A stretch of DNA of 64,000 bases from the human T2T-CHM13v2.0 reference genome, Homo sapiens, in assembly GCF_009914755.1 (NCBI RefSeq), contig NC_060940.1. One strand, written 5' to 3'. Below the pieces are notes generated by a model. The model ran no database searches and had not been told where the DNA came from. It saw only the letters and a program-made list of their open reading frames with translations. Below are positions 1 through 14,915 of the stretch, one piece after another. The translations under genes were made by a program, and so were the position numbers. Numbering within the stretch: position 1 is the first letter of the stretch; every line of letters begins with the position of its first letter.

Positions 1-200
1 ATTATATTTATTTAAAATTTTTATTATAAAAATTTCCAAACACTTAAAAGTAGGCAAATAGTCTAATGAGCTTTCATAAACCTACTAACTACATTCAAGT
101 TTTCAATACTCTGCCATGCTTCCCTGATTTCACATCATTTCTTTCGTAAACAAATAATCATCATTTTTAAAAAACAGACATTTTCTTACCTAATAGCAAA
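1..200 (-). mobile_element. Ancient L1 (L1MC/L1ME-type) 3' end fragment
   Basis: ttttattataaaaatttccaaacacttaaaagtagg resembles the antisense 3' end of L1MC4/L1ME. Confidence 0.55.
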
Positions 201-744
201 AGCATCCCTAGAGAAAATACGGTCTTGTACATATGAATTGGACTATTATTTTTAACAGTATATGCTGTTCCCATTGCTGGTTTACTAAATTTAATTGAAG
301 AGTGTTATGGAATTCACAGAAGGCGTTTTTGTCAGTGCATTTTCTCAATACACACATATTAAATCAGATCATCAGACCTTAAATCTTCAGGATTGCTATC
401 TTGAAGAGTCCATGACATCTTTTTCTGATGTCATACTTGGAAAGGTTGGAAAACTGATTTAAAACTTCATTTCAGCCACAACTCGATTTCTCCCCCAGCC
501 GATTCTTGATAGAAATTGCAAAGAGAACAAATTGGAGAGGCTGAGGATTCTTCTGCTTTGCCTGGTTTCTGTTGCTACCATCCCATCCAGGTGTTCCCAG
601 GATCAACTGGCATCAGACAAGAGGTGGCTAGAGGGGGCTAGCCCACAGAGCATGGTTGGGGTGGGTGCAGCTTGGAAATGGCTTTAGTTTCTGAGTTGTC
701 TGGAAGGATAGACTTAGAGGTTGAGTCCCTGGGACAGTTTGGGC

Positions 745-876
745 CCCAGATAACTCAGCTTTCATCCTAATCTGCTATTTGCCAGCCACAGGCCATTGCT
801 GGAATCAGTTAACCCCTCTGAACCTCAGAGTTGCCACCTGCAAAATGGGTATAAGAATCCCAACCTCACTACCTAC
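745..876 (+). mobile_element. MIR SINE fragment
   Basis: MIR core-like aacccctctgaacctcagagttgccacctgcaaaatgggtataag. Confidence 0.65.
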
Positions 877-917
877 TCTCCTACTCTCCTTAAAGACCCA
901 GTTAAGACCATTTAGAA

Positions 918-1246
918 CAGCGGTCCCCAACATTTCAGGTACCCAGTTTCGTGGAAGACAATTTTCCACAGGCCTGTTGGGAGGGATGGTTTTGGGATGA
1001 CACTATTCCACCTCAGATCATCAGGCATTCGTTAGATTCTTGTAAGGAGCGTGCAGCCTGGATCCCTCACACGCACAGTTCACGGGACTGTTCCTCTCCT
1101 GTGAGAATCTAATGCCGCCACTGACCTGGCAGGAGGGAGAGCTCAGGCGGCCATGCTTGCTCACCCTCCGCTCACCTCCTGCTGCTCCGGTTACTAACAG
1201 GCCATGGACTGACACCAGTCTGCAGTCCAGGGGCCTGGGACCCCTG
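918..1246 (-). mobile_element. MER1B (hAT-Charlie non-autonomous DNA transposon), full length
   Basis: TIRs cagcggtccccaa ... ctgggacccctg; internal gtttcgtggaagacaattttcc and gagaatctaatgccgcc match MER1B. Confidence 0.9.
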
Positions 1247-1699
1247 CTGTAGCAAGCCTTTTGCAAGCTGTTAAGTACTGTGCATGTTTTCCTGGGCACA
1301 CAGGAGTTCTGCCTTTGCAGTGACCTCTGTGCAGGATCCCCATCCTCGGGGATCTTGGAGCTACAGCGAGTCCTGGCGCTCCTGCCACCCACTTGCACTT
1401 TGCTGCTCTCGTCAGTATCTTCATGGGAGCTGCCTCCTCACTGGGCCAGAGCACCTGGCTCTAAGGCAGAGGAATCCAATCCACCAGCAGCTTTTCCTAA
1501 AAGGCCAAACCACCTCGTGGGCCGATCGTTTTTCTCCGTAACATGGCCAAATGGCCACCAAATGGCCGGCCGGCTGGGGCCAAAAAGCCCCTTCCCAGCA
1601 CACACCCCAAAGCTCCGCAGCTACAACCCTCACCTGGCAACAGCCTGCGGAAGGAGGTACAGGGCTGATCTGTGTCCTGTGGTCAAATGCATTGGTTCT

Positions 1700-1850
1700 C
1701 AGTCCTGACTTTGCTCTAGAATCCCTGGGGAGTTTCCCAGGCCTCATCCCAGAGAGGCTGGGTTGGAATCTCTGGCATGGGGGTCTGGGCAGTGGTATTT
1801 GCTGGAAGCTCCCCAGGGAATTCGGATGTGCAGCTGGGGCTGGGAACAAG
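1700..1850. mobile_element. MER5-family hAT-Charlie fragment
   Basis: agaatccctgggg...ggaatctctgg...aagctccccagggaattcggatgtgcagc. Confidence 0.6.
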
Positions 1851-2330
1851 CATCTTATCCATCGTTCAGGTCAGCCACAACTTGCTGGTTAAAGTCGGTG
1901 AGAAATGAATCAACCAAATTAGTCATTGGACAAACAAAATTTTAAAGAAGTTTATCTGGTGCCACACGGAGATTGAGCCACAGAGGGCAGACAAAACCTC
2001 TGTTGGCCTTCTCCCCTCCATGGAAAAGATCCTGGTGGAATAAGTCATGATGACAGCTCAGCCGGTTCTTGTACACGTGCAGCTTTACCTGGGGAAGCTG
2101 TTGCTGGCTAAAGACAGGGCAGGCTTTGTCCCTGGTCTATGCTAACTCTCAGGATGTGGACCATTTCTCTGATCATCCTGATGGGATGAACGTCATTCAT
2201 TCATTCAGTCATGCCCTCAACTGTTTCTTGCATATCAGGAACTGTGCAAAGTCACAAGTATATATAGATTGCTAGGACCTGGTCATCATCTTCAAGTCGG
2301 AAATATTATGGGAACACAACAATAATTAGA

Positions 2331-2478
2331 GCTAGAATGTACTGTGTCTTCTTCTTTCTAAGCATTCTGTGAAGAACTTGCCAGAATTTACTGTGTCTCC
2401 TTCTTGCTAAGCATTCTGCGAAGAACTTGCTAGAATTTACTGTGTCTTCTTCTTGCTAAGCATTCTGCTAAGAACTTG
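2331..2478. repeat. Tandem repeat, 3 x 49 bp
   Basis: Unit gctagaatttactgtgtcttcttcttgctaagcattctgcgaagaactt at 2331, 2380, 2429. Confidence 0.9.
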
Positions 2479-2712
2479 ACATGTATTCTCTCATTTGATC
2501 ACTCCAGCAATTCTATTAAGTAGGATCATAGCATTGATTATGGTAATAATTCTTATAACCATTTCATGATTCTATGATCATTTTCTGTAGAAAAATCTGA
2601 GGCTCAAACATGTTAAGTAATTTGCACAGGGTCACATAGCAAATAGTGGCAGAGCTGGGATTCCCACCCAGCCCAACTCCAGCTGATGCTCCTCACCCAG
2701 CACATCACTGCC
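2429..2712 (-). mobile_element. MIR SINE
   Basis: aaatctgaggctcaaacatgttaagtaatttgcacagggtcacatagcaaatagtggcagagctgggatt is the antisense MIR core. Confidence 0.8.
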
Positions 2713-2879
2713 TCTCACAGTGGTATGACCCAAACACTGGTCCACTGGCATCAGGAAGCTGGGAATAAAAGAAGAGGCTTTACTCCTGGAAGCAGAAGAC
2801 TTCCCTCCAAGGCTGCATGCTGCTATCGACTGGTTTTCAAGTTCTGTTTGTGCTGACTCCAGCAGAGATGGGAAGAAAT

Positions 2880-3196
2880 AGTGGTGCACTGGGAAGTGTT
2901 TGATAGCCTGGCGCCCTGAAGAAAGCTCTGATTAGTTTAGTTTGCCGTTGTCCATTTGCCATATCATGATCATAGAATGTTTCATTATTCTATGACCATG
3001 AAATGGTTCTAATAACTATTATCATAATCAGCTCTATGATCCTACTTAATAGAATTACTGGAGTGACCAAATGTGTGAATACCCCCACCATGGTTGATTT
3101 CAAATGGCCAGTGTCACATCACTGAACTCAGAGATGGGGAGAGATGCACACGGTCTGCTCTCACAAGCTGGTGTGAGTAGGCTCCAGCACTCCAGG
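2880..3196. mobile_element. hAT-Tip100 MITE (Arthur1-like) interrupted by an inverted copy of 2483-2581
   Basis: Ends agtggtgcactgg ... gctccagcac; internal cccaccatggttgatttcaa...actgaactcagagatggggagagatgcaca. Confidence 0.6.
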
Positions 3197-3459
3197 GCTC
3201 TTTCCATTCGCAGGTCTTTTGAGGACCATTAGAGATTATTGGCCCTTTTAAAATTGTGGCTCATCCAACAGTTTATTAGACTGAAATCCCCATAACAAAA
3301 GGGGCCGTGTCTATTCTTACCATTGCATCTGTCTACAGCTCCTGGCTTATGCCTGGTAAAAAGTTAGTCCTCAGTCAATATTTGTAGAGTTAATTCACTT
3401 CCAAGAGCAAGGGTCTTTTATTAGGGAAGCCCAAGATTTAGACACTTACACTATAATAT

Positions 3460-4320
3460 TATTATCTCAATAGTTGTAGACAAATTAATGATGAAATTAA
3501 ACAACCATCCATGATAAGAACAAACAAATGAGCAAACATAATATTTTTACAACTAGAAATGAAAGGGAAAATTGTAAAACCGATAAAGAGTATCTTCCAT
3601 AAACATCATATTTAATAGTGAAAATTTAGCAGGATTTCTGTTATATTCAGAAACAAACTCAGGGTGCCAACCATCTGCCGTTGCCCGCTTTTGATGTTTG
3701 ACTAGCAATCTCCATCAATACACTACTGTGAGAACAAGGAAGAAAGGGGGAAGAACTAGAGAGAGAGAGACAAAGCTGTCATTATCAGTAGACAGCATAA
3801 TTGTCTGCAATGAAAATCCAAGAGAATCTACAAACTAATAAAACAATAAGTAAATTCTGCAAAGCTTCTGAATCAAAAGTAAACATTAAAAATAAATTCA
3901 TTTCCATCCACCAGTCATAACCACTTAAGAAGATGTAAGATCCCATTCACAGTACTAACAAAACTAAAGCTTAGTTATGAGTAATTTTCACAAAACTATG
4001 AAAGACAATTTTTGAGACAATTGTAAAACTGCATTGAAGGATGTGGAAGACCAAACTAGATGGAGATAGATGGGAAGACTCAATTTCACTGAGATGTCCT
4101 TTCTCTCTAAATCAATTTCTAAATTATATGCATTGGCAATAAAAATTCCAGCAAGATTTTTTTAATGGCACTTGACAAATCCATTCCAAAAAAAGGCAAA
4201 GATTTAAAACCAGAAAAAATATATTTCGATAAAATTAAACAATAAGATGAGAGGACTTGCTACCAAGTATTAAAACTTAGTATACACATTATAGTAATGA
4301 AGGCAGATAAATAATTTTTT
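3460..4320 (+). mobile_element. Degenerate L1M ORF2 fragment
   Basis: A-rich; gaaaatccaagagaatctacaaacta, gatcccattcaca, atgggaagactcaat are L1 ORF2 hallmarks; no intact ORF. Confidence 0.8.
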
Positions 4321-4339
4321 AAAAAACAGTAAAACATGC

Positions 4340-5500
4340 CCATATATTTATTCTTCAAGAGCTATTTATTGAGCAGCTACTATGTGGGAAATACTCCTCT
4401 GAGTGCTGGGTATATGACGGGGGGCTGGCCACAGTCTTTGCCCACAGGGGGCTTCCATTCTCAAAGTGGGAGGTGGGTACTGATAATGAATGAATGGATA
4501 TGCCAGTTAGGCCTCAGTATTGCTGAGAAAACTAAATCAGGATGGTGGAGAGGGAGGAGTATGTTTGTTTGGATGGAGGGTGTCTGGTAAGATGGCATTT
4601 GAGAAGAGTCCTGAATAAAGTGAAGGAGGAAGCCATGCAATGTGCCCTGGAATGAGGTGAGAACGCAAGTGCAAAGGCCCTGGGGCCATCTGGAGCTCAG
4701 TGTGTTCTAGGGACATGGTGGCCAGAGTGGCTGGAGCAGGATAAAGAGGAAGAACAGCAGGGCAGAGGGCAGAGATGAAGTGGGGGGTCGAGCTGGAGCC
4801 CCACACAGGCCATGGGAAGAGCATGGGAAGGCTGTCAGAGAGCAAAGGCACAGCCTGCTCTGGCTTTCATCACTTTGCTTGCTGAGAATGTGGAGAGGGA
4901 AGGGTGCTAGTGAGGCCTGCCATGAGGCTACTAAAATGGTCCAAGCTCAAGAAGGTGATGGCTTGGCCAGTGTGGTAGTGGTGAGAGGCAGAAGCAGTTA
5001 GACTGAGTTATGTTTCACAGATAGGGTGAGTGGAATTTGCTGTTTTGTTGTACCTGGGAAGTGAAAGCAGAAGTCAAGGTTGACTCTGGGTTTTTATCCT
5101 GAGGACTGGAGTTGGCTTTAGCTGTGATATGGGGCACTCGAATAAACAGGCCTGGGAGGATTGAAATGAAAAACTCTGGACCATCAGAGTTGCCTAGTAG
5201 TTCTCTAAGTAGATATCGAGTAGGCTGTTGTATATACCCATCTAAGGGACACTGGAGGAGCGGGAGGGAGAGTGGATTGAAAGACTCTGGAATCTATGAA
5301 CAGTTGAAGGAAGGGAATGAGGTGGACGTGTCGGAGACTGTAGTTGGCTATGAGCTGTTTGGAACTGAAGGGGTTACAGTTATTGGTAACCTCGTGGTCT
5401 TGATTTGACCATGGAAGGAATAAATGAGGCAGTGTCAGGAGGAGAGCGTTGGAAGAGATGTCTAGGATCTCAGAGTCTGGGGTGAATCCCTAAGAATTAT
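4340..5500 (-). mobile_element. L2 LINE fragment(s)
   Basis: tatttattgagcagctactatgtg end; purine-rich gcaagtgcaaaggccctgggg, gtggctggagcag. Confidence 0.7.
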
Positions 5501-5559
5501 GACAGAATCGGGTTGGGAGAGAGTGGGAAACTTGGCCTGTGGAAGAGGTAGCTTTATAA

Positions 5560-7631
<2,072 letters not shown>

Positions 7632-8185
7632 AAAAGTATTAATGCCTCAGTGCACAGGTGAGGTCTCTTTCCACATCACCTTTCTCTGTGGACATCCAGG
7701 AGACCATTCTTTTAAAGACACTGCCTGGAAAACAATACAACACCTGGGTATGTTCTGTAGCTGCCCAGGGCCCACTGGGGACACTAGACATCTAGGAAGC
7801 TGTGCTAGGATAGGAGTCATTCTCATAGCAGCCACAGCCCAGTCTTTGCTCAGAATAAACTTTTTGCTAGTTAAACACTCACAGTTGCTTTTTAAAAAAT
7901 ACTTGATTTAAACATAGGTCACCTGCATTCTGTGCTAGTGCAATCAGATTTTAGATGTAGATGAAGGTCTGTACGTTTGTCTCTGTGGAAGTCTGAGCCC
8001 TTCATTTAAACTTACCGAAATTCCTTATTTGATAAACATTTATGAAGCACCTCTTAAATGCCAGGTCCTAAGTTGTGGGCTTTTATAAATGCATTGAGCA
8101 CAACTGGCTACCATCTCTTGAATCATTAGCGTTCTCACCCATTTCACGAGATTTTCTTCTGAGTTTTGTGAATCTTACAGTTTGA

Positions 8186-8537
<352 letters not shown>

Positions 8538-9191
8538 TCAGCCAAGTTTTTATAAAAAGAGTGAGTAGCAAAGGCGAAGTGCAGAGCCCTGTGGCAAGCC
8601 ATGAGGGACTTCTCTCCAGATGAACTCTCATATCCTAACAGACTCTGTGTGCATGTGTTTGCATCCGTACACACTGCATCTCTCATACAGAAATGTTTTA
8701 GATGGCCAGTTCTAAAGAAAACGTTATGAAGCATCTTGACATATTTTTAAATTGTTTGCTACTTTAGCAGACAGAAAAAATATACTTGCTGAACAAAGAT
8801 TTTTCTGTGTCTATTATGAACTGTAAATGATACTATTAAGGAAGAAGCGCAACCCTCCAAGGGCCCTGTTTTGGGGGGAACATTTGCCCTTTTCACTTTT
8901 AACTCGGTTCAGAGGCTGAGGCTCCATCATAGCTTTTCATTTTTCATCGTCCTTCTCACTTGACAACAAAATCTCCCATTGTGATGGTCTTTCCGTCATT
9001 TACCTCCCCTCTCTCCTCCTCCTTCTGTATTTTTATTTTATTATGCTATTCATGTCTTCCTGTTGTTTTCCCACTAGGCTGCTTTATCAGTATTTAGTTT
9101 GTAAATATTGATTTTCTAAATTGCTGTGCTTGTAATGTTTAGCCAGGATACTCCATTTCAGCGAATCACTTGTAAATTCATTCATTCATTT

Positions 9192-9360
9192 GTTCTCAGC
9201 CCTGGCTGCACACAGAATTGCCTAGGAAGCTTCCGAAAGTCACCTTGGCCTCACCACAGACCAATGAGGTTAGAATCGCAGGAAGCAGGGTCCAGGTGTG
9301 GGTATTTGTCAAAAGTTCCCCGGACAATATTGTCATGCAGCCAAGGCTAAGAAATGCTGA
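9192..9360. mobile_element. MER5A-like element
   Basis: gttctcagccctggctgcacacagaattgcctaggaagc ... cagccaaggctaagaa. Confidence 0.65.
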
Positions 9361-9489
9361 TTTCATAGATATTACTAAACGTTTCTATGACCAAGATAGG
9401 GGAGGGTCCTGGAGGAGTGATCAGGAGGGCCTCCTAGAAGAAGAGAAACGTAAGTGTGGTGGGTTGGATTTCCCAGAGAGGAACACAGC

Positions 9490-9610
9490 AATATGACCCA
9501 CCCCATAAGCCCCTGTGCAGCAAGACCTTGCCCGTCTTCCCTTTTGAACCTGGCATGGGCAGGTCCTGTGACTGCTTTGACCAATAGAATGATGGAAATG
9601 ACACTGTTTC
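9490..9610 (+). mobile_element. MLT1 (ERVL-MaLR) LTR fragment
   Basis: ccttttgaacctgg...tgtgactgctttgaccaatagaatgatggaaatgacactg. Confidence 0.6.
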
Positions 9611-9644
9611 CACTCTGGGCCCTTAATCGGGCTCTGCTGCCTCT

Positions 9645-10030
9645 CCTGGCAGTTCCTATCTTTCAAGGTACTCGGTCCATTTCACCTAAGTTGTCAAATC
9701 TGTGGGTAATGAGTTGCTTGCATTATTCCTTTTATCCCATCAGTGGCCACTGGAGCAAGAGTAATGACCTCATTTTCCTTTCTGATATTGGTAATTTGTG
9801 CCTTCTCTCTTTTTCTTTTTGTTTGCCTGGCTAGAAGTTGATCAGTTGCATTGAGCTTTCCAAAGGATCCCTGCAGGTTTTACGGATTGTCCCTGCGGTT
9901 CTCCTGTTTTCAATTGCCTTGATTTCTGCTCAATTTTTTATTATTTTTTTTCTTCTGCTGGCTTTAGGCTTGAATTTCTCTTCTTTCTCTGGTTTCTTAA
10001 AGTGGAAGCTTATGTTACTGATTTTTTAAT
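9645..10030 (-). mobile_element. L1M ORF2 antisense fragment
   Basis: tccatttcacctaagttgtcaaat...ttcttaaagtggaagctta. Confidence 0.8.
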
Positions 10031-10190
10031 CTTTTTCTTTTCTTCTTTTATTTTAGTTTTTGGAGACAGGGTCTTGCTCTGTTGCCCAGGCTAGAGTGCA
10101 GTGGTGCAATCCATAGCTCACAGCAGCCTTGAACTCCTAGGTTCAAATGATCCTCCTGCCTTAGCCTCTGCAAGTAACTGGGTCCCACAG
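10031..10190 (-). mobile_element. AluJ right-arm fragment
   Basis: gagacagggtcttgctctgttgcccaggctagagtgcagtgg...ttgaactcctaggttcaaatgatcctcc. Confidence 0.9.
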
Positions 10191-10529
10191 TGCAAAAGCA
10201 GAAGCTTCTAGGACCTCTTAAAATAGAGACTTGGAATGGGCACAGCCCCCTGCCAGCCCTCTTATTAGTCAAAGTGGGTCATAATCCCAGCTGGATTCAA
10301 GGAGAGGGGACTGTGCAGGGCTGGGAATCCCTGCAGGTATGGCTTGTTGACAGTCACTAACCTAGGGAACCATCACTGTAACCCTTTTCACAGCCCATCC
10401 ACCCTTAGCTGGAGCCCAAACAAGAACCTGGAGTCTTCAAAGAACGACAGGTGGGAAAGGGACACATTGACTCCTCTCTCTTTGATTTCAGCCTCAAGAA
10501 AATGAAGTCTGGGATCTCTCTCCCGACTA

Positions 10530-10670
10530 AGGTGTCATCCACACAGCAGCAGCAACAGCAGCAGCATCACCCGGAATTTGTCAGAAATCAGAATCCCAGG
10601 CCCACCCCAGACACAGAGAACCGGAATTTGCAGTTTAATGAGATCCCGGGGGACTCAAATGCACCTTAAG
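10530..10670. mobile_element. MER5A-like element with short (CAG)n
   Basis: cagcagcatcacccggaatttgtcagaaatcagaatcccaggcccaccccagac. Confidence 0.7.
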
Positions 10671-11667
10671 GCACGAGGAGAAAGAGCTCTAGACTCTCCA
10701 CCATCTCAGAGAACTTGCAAACCAGCTTTGCAGAGCAAAACCCAGAGAATGACGGCAAAGGCTGCCGCCACCATTGTACAAAATCACTCCTAAGGGCACC
10801 CTGGAAATGAGAAGCAACCTTTCTGTTCTCAGACATACGTCCCAGCACATAAGGCTCAGACGCGGCAGGGAGAGGGGACAGCTTGGTTTCAGACAGTGCA
10901 TTCTGACCACTCGCCCAAAAAGGGCCCCTTCCAACCCAAGACTCTGGGAATCCAGGAAATCCCAATTTAGATATGCAGCTTTGGAAACTGGCAGCAAATG
11001 GAGAATGGAATCCGGAAGGCCCTTGCCATTGTGAACGCAAAGTCTAGACACTGGAAAGGGAGCCACCGAGGCAGGAAGAAGTGAAAGTCCCTTTCTCAGC
11101 GATCTACCTTCCAGGAAGCAACAACCCAGCAGGTCTCAACAAAGCCCCGAGGCTGTGATACAGCTACCCCTGGGGCAGGTCCAACGCGCTGTTATCATAC
11201 TCTCCGAGCTTCATCCAAATGCTCACACACCCAACCTAGTGCTTCCTCGCGATAACACCAGTAGCAGGAGCAGCCCAGTGTCATCCTGCACAAACAGGTG
11301 GTGTTTACGCACGGCATGTCACCGAGAGCCATCTGACCAGCCGTGCCAACCGGGAGCAAAGGGGGCTGATAAAGGCAGCTTATCACAAACGATTAGCAAG
11401 TGTTATTTTCTTTCTGTTTGTTTGAAGTTCAGTATTTGGACAATCGCCGTGAACCCCAGTGTGGCCAGGGCCAAGTTTAACAATGGCGGGCAGAGATTGC
11501 TCGGTGAAGATGAAATGACATGAGTGAGCCGGTGCTGTGCGGGGGAGACCTGCGGCAGGGATTTGTCAGGCTGGGTTTTGACGGGTTGAGACAACATGAG
11601 GATTAATGAACCGCTTTGGCTTTAGACAAAATAACCATGTAAAGCAAAATTTCTGTGTGCACCAGAT

Positions 11668-12028
11668 CAGAGCTTCTCAACCTAGGCTGCATGGTAGAAT
11701 CACCTGGGGACTGTTGCCACTTTGCCATACAGGGGATGTCCCCAAAGCAATGAAACCCCAGTCTCTGGAGGTAGGAGTCCCACGTCTATTCCTTAAAGGT
11801 CCCAGTGTGCAGCCTGGTTTGAGAAGAGGCTCCCTGGAGTGAGGCTTCCCCAGCTTTCATGTACATTCCAACCACTTGGGGAGCTGGTTAAAATGAAGAT
11901 TCTGATTCAGCATATCAAGGGTGGGGCCTGGGGTTCTGCATTTTTAACCCCCGCCCCCAACCCCCACCCCCACCCCCACCCCCAGCCGGGGATGCTGGCG
12001 CTGCTGGTCCAGGACCACCCTTGGAGCA
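11668..12028. mobile_element. Two adjacent MER5-family elements
   Basis: cttctcaacctaggctgcatggtagaatcacctgggg; tggttaaaatgaagattctgattcagc...ttctgcatttttaac. Confidence 0.65.
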
Positions 12029-12293
12029 GAAAAGAGAATTGACTGCTGTCCAAATGTCCCCAGCATCGCCTCCAAATAATCTGTGAGGCTGTCAGAGGAG
12101 TACAGGGGTTCTCGTGGGTGGAGGAGGTGATGGCCAAGTTGCTAATTGATGGGAAAGAGATGAGCAGAGCTCGGAGTGAGGGGCTCCACTGCAGGGGCTT
12201 GAGTTGTCCACTCCCAGAGAGACCACCACTGGGCAGAATGAACACGGCTGGGTTTTGTGAGTTAACCAGGTGTGGATTAGAGAATAAAATCTT

Positions 12294-12574
12294 GGCCAGG
12301 CATGGTGGCTCATGCCTATAATCCCAGCACTTTGGGAGACTGAGACAAAAGGATTGCTTTAGCCCAGGAGTTCAAGACCAGCCTGGGTAACATAGTGAGA
12401 CCCCATCTCTATAGAGAATACAAAAATTAGCTGGGTGTGGTAGCATCCCCCTGTAGTCCCAGCTGCTCGGGAGGCTGAGATGGGAGGATCTGTTGAGTCC
12501 AGGAGATCAATGCTGCCACTGCACTCCAGCCAGGGCAACAGAGCAAGCAAGACCCTGTCTAAAAAAAAAAAAAA
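12294..12574 (+). mobile_element. AluJ with internal deletion in right arm
   Basis: ggccaggcatggtggctc...ggattgctttagcccaggagttc...gaccctgtct polyA. Confidence 0.95.
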
Positions 12575-12716
12575 ATTTTTTTAAACACATCTTTATTGGG
12601 ATATGATTCACACACTATAACATACTCCCATTTAAAGAGCACAATGCCATGGTTCTTCTCATATTCTGAGAGTTGGGCAACCATCACAACTGTCTAGATT
12701 TAGAACATTTCTCACC
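12575..12716 (-). mobile_element. L1MB-type 3' end
   Basis: ctttattgggatatgattcacacactataa...catttaaagagcacaat...gcaaccatcacaac...tagaacattt. Confidence 0.75.
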
Positions 12717-13779
12717 TATAAGGGTGCCATTTCAGGCCACCTTCTTCCGATCAACTCTGGGAAGATTGCATGCAGGAATACCCCAGTAGGAATCGTAAGA
12801 GTTGAGCCCCTGGTTGGAAGCACAGGGTGTCATCATATCCTTAGTAAGGGGAGGTTGTGGACACAAACTGCGTCACTGACTCCAGGAAGCCCTCTGTGGT
12901 GCCCCCAGGCCAGATTACATCCACTTACACCATGTTCTCAAAGCACCCAGCTCACCTGCCATACTCATCATCCTTGCCAACCAGGCTGGGGATCCCACCA
13001 AGTCAGGACCTGTGTTTTTCATAAATGTAGCCCCAGACCAAGCCTCATTCCAGGCCACAGTAGGGTGCAGTACATGTGTGGGCTGCAAGCTTGCGCCAAG
13101 ACCCTGCTCTGCTATTGTGTGAACGTCTGGAGATGGGTAGGGTGTGGTCTGCCCTTGTGCTCTATGATTTTAGTAGAAAGAACACTCAATTACCAAGAAG
13201 TCTACATCTGAAGCTCACAGCCAGCACCTCAGTGTCCTCAAATGTAAACTAAGGATGGCATCCCTCCTGGGCCATTAACCATCCAGGGCTTCTGTAACCT
13301 GGGACCAGTGAAGATTACATCTCCTCAAGGATGGAAGTGGAGGCAATGAGTGGAGATCAAGGTTGGAAAATTCTAGCTGGATATGAAGAAACAGAGATTC
13401 CCCTGAGGTTGGAGATGTCTTTCAAGTTGGTGAGTCCCCATTACTGGAAGTATTTTAGGTAAATGCTGATCCAAGATGTTACCTAGGAAAAGTGGGTGAC
13501 CTTGAGGATCTGTTGTAACCTTGCACTTCTATGATGAAGTTTTTCCTTCAGGAAAAAGATGTATTCTTACTAAGCACTGACCATGTGATGCTGAGTTTTA
13601 GAGACAAGCTGACCAGGAGGAGAATGGTTCCACAGACAGAGTGAGAGGACCTCAAGAAAGAACAAGTTCATCTTAACCAGAAGCCCATAAAGTGCTCTTT
13701 TGGCTGTAGGCAGTGTTTGTGAAGCATCTCAAATGCTGATGGTTCCCTCCTGATATTTTCACTAAGGGGTTTTGTTTAG

Positions 13780-14062
13780 GATAGCAAAACTGAAATCTAT
13801 ATTTTCCAGAGAGTCTCATTAGTGGAAGCAACTGGGTGGAGATTTTGGAAACACATTTTAAAAAGAGAAAGACATGGTTGGTCTTGTGCTCTTCCCCCTT
13901 TCCCTTCCTCATGCCTGGATCGTTGAATCCATCCAGTGACAAGGACCATGATGGTCAATTGTCAAGGATGGCAGGGCAGGAAGTCCCAAGGACATGGATC
14001 CATGATGACACTTTTAGGTGAGCATAATGGCCCTGAAGTATCTCCAAGCATTTATGTGGGGA

Positions 14063-14103
<41 letters not shown>

Positions 14104-14172
14104 ACTGATGCATTGATTTGTGCAAGTCACGGTTGAGTTTTTAGTTGCAGCTCAATGCATTCCTAACTGAAA
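13780..14172 (+). mobile_element. MLT1 LTR fragment containing an A31 tract (14069-14099)
   Basis: 3' end gttgcagctcaatgcattcctaactga; ccttcctcatgcctgga. Confidence 0.5.
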
Positions 14173-14329
14173 GCAATCATCTTTCCTGGCCCCTCCTACA
14201 TGCAGTAGAGATGGCAAAGATAAGAACAAATAAGTTTGGTCACTTTCTGTCAGATTACACAAGAATGCCCCACCCCATTCACTACTGCAGGCAGACAGCA
14301 AGTGACAGCTGTCTGCCTGGAATGTGTCG

Positions 14330-14535
14330 AGCCTCCCCAGCTTTGTCACTGTTGGCATATTAGGCTGGCTGCTTCTCTGTGGTGGTGCTGTCTTGTGTGT
14401 TGTAGGATGTTCAGCAGCACCCCTGGCCTCTACCCACCAGATTCCAGTAGCATCCCCCGCTCCCCGTTTGTGACAACCAGAACTGCCTCTAGACACTGCC
14501 AAATGTCCCCTGGGGAAAGCATATGAGAACCATCA
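14330..14535. mobile_element. MER20 (hAT-Charlie)
   Basis: tgtaggatgttcagcagcacccctggcctctacccaccagattccagtagc...gtgacaacc...agacactgccaaatgtcccctgggg. Confidence 0.9.
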
Positions 14536-14539
14536 TTAT

Positions 14540-14915
14540 AGACATTGTGGGAATTTGGCTTTGACTCGTTGTGGGATTTTGAGCAGAGGAGGAACCAGAC
14601 CTGACTATATTTTAAGAGGATCTCTTGCTTTCATGTGAGAATGGACTGGGCAGAGGAGGCTCAGAAGGGTCAGGCACCAATGAGGAGGGGACTGAACTAG
14701 CACAGGGAAGGCGAGGGGGCCTGTCCACGAGGTAGCGGGAGTTGATGGGAAGGGGTGGATCCAAGATAGATTCTCATGGTGGAACCGGCAGTGTTTTCTG
14801 ATGGATGGGGAAGGGAAGTGACCAAAACAGGAGACTTGGGGCAACTTCGAGCGTTTGGTTCCGTGGAGATGCCATTTTCTGAGGTGGGAAAGGTCAGGGG
14901 TGGACCAGGTTACCA
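14540..14915 (-). mobile_element. L2 fragment
   Basis: gggatttttgagcagagg...gagatgccattttctgaggtgggaaag. Confidence 0.6.

Noticed and set aside
14069-14099. A31 as the tail of a retrocopy
   Set aside because: Sits within an MLT1-like LTR with no TSD or upstream insert; simple A-tract expansion
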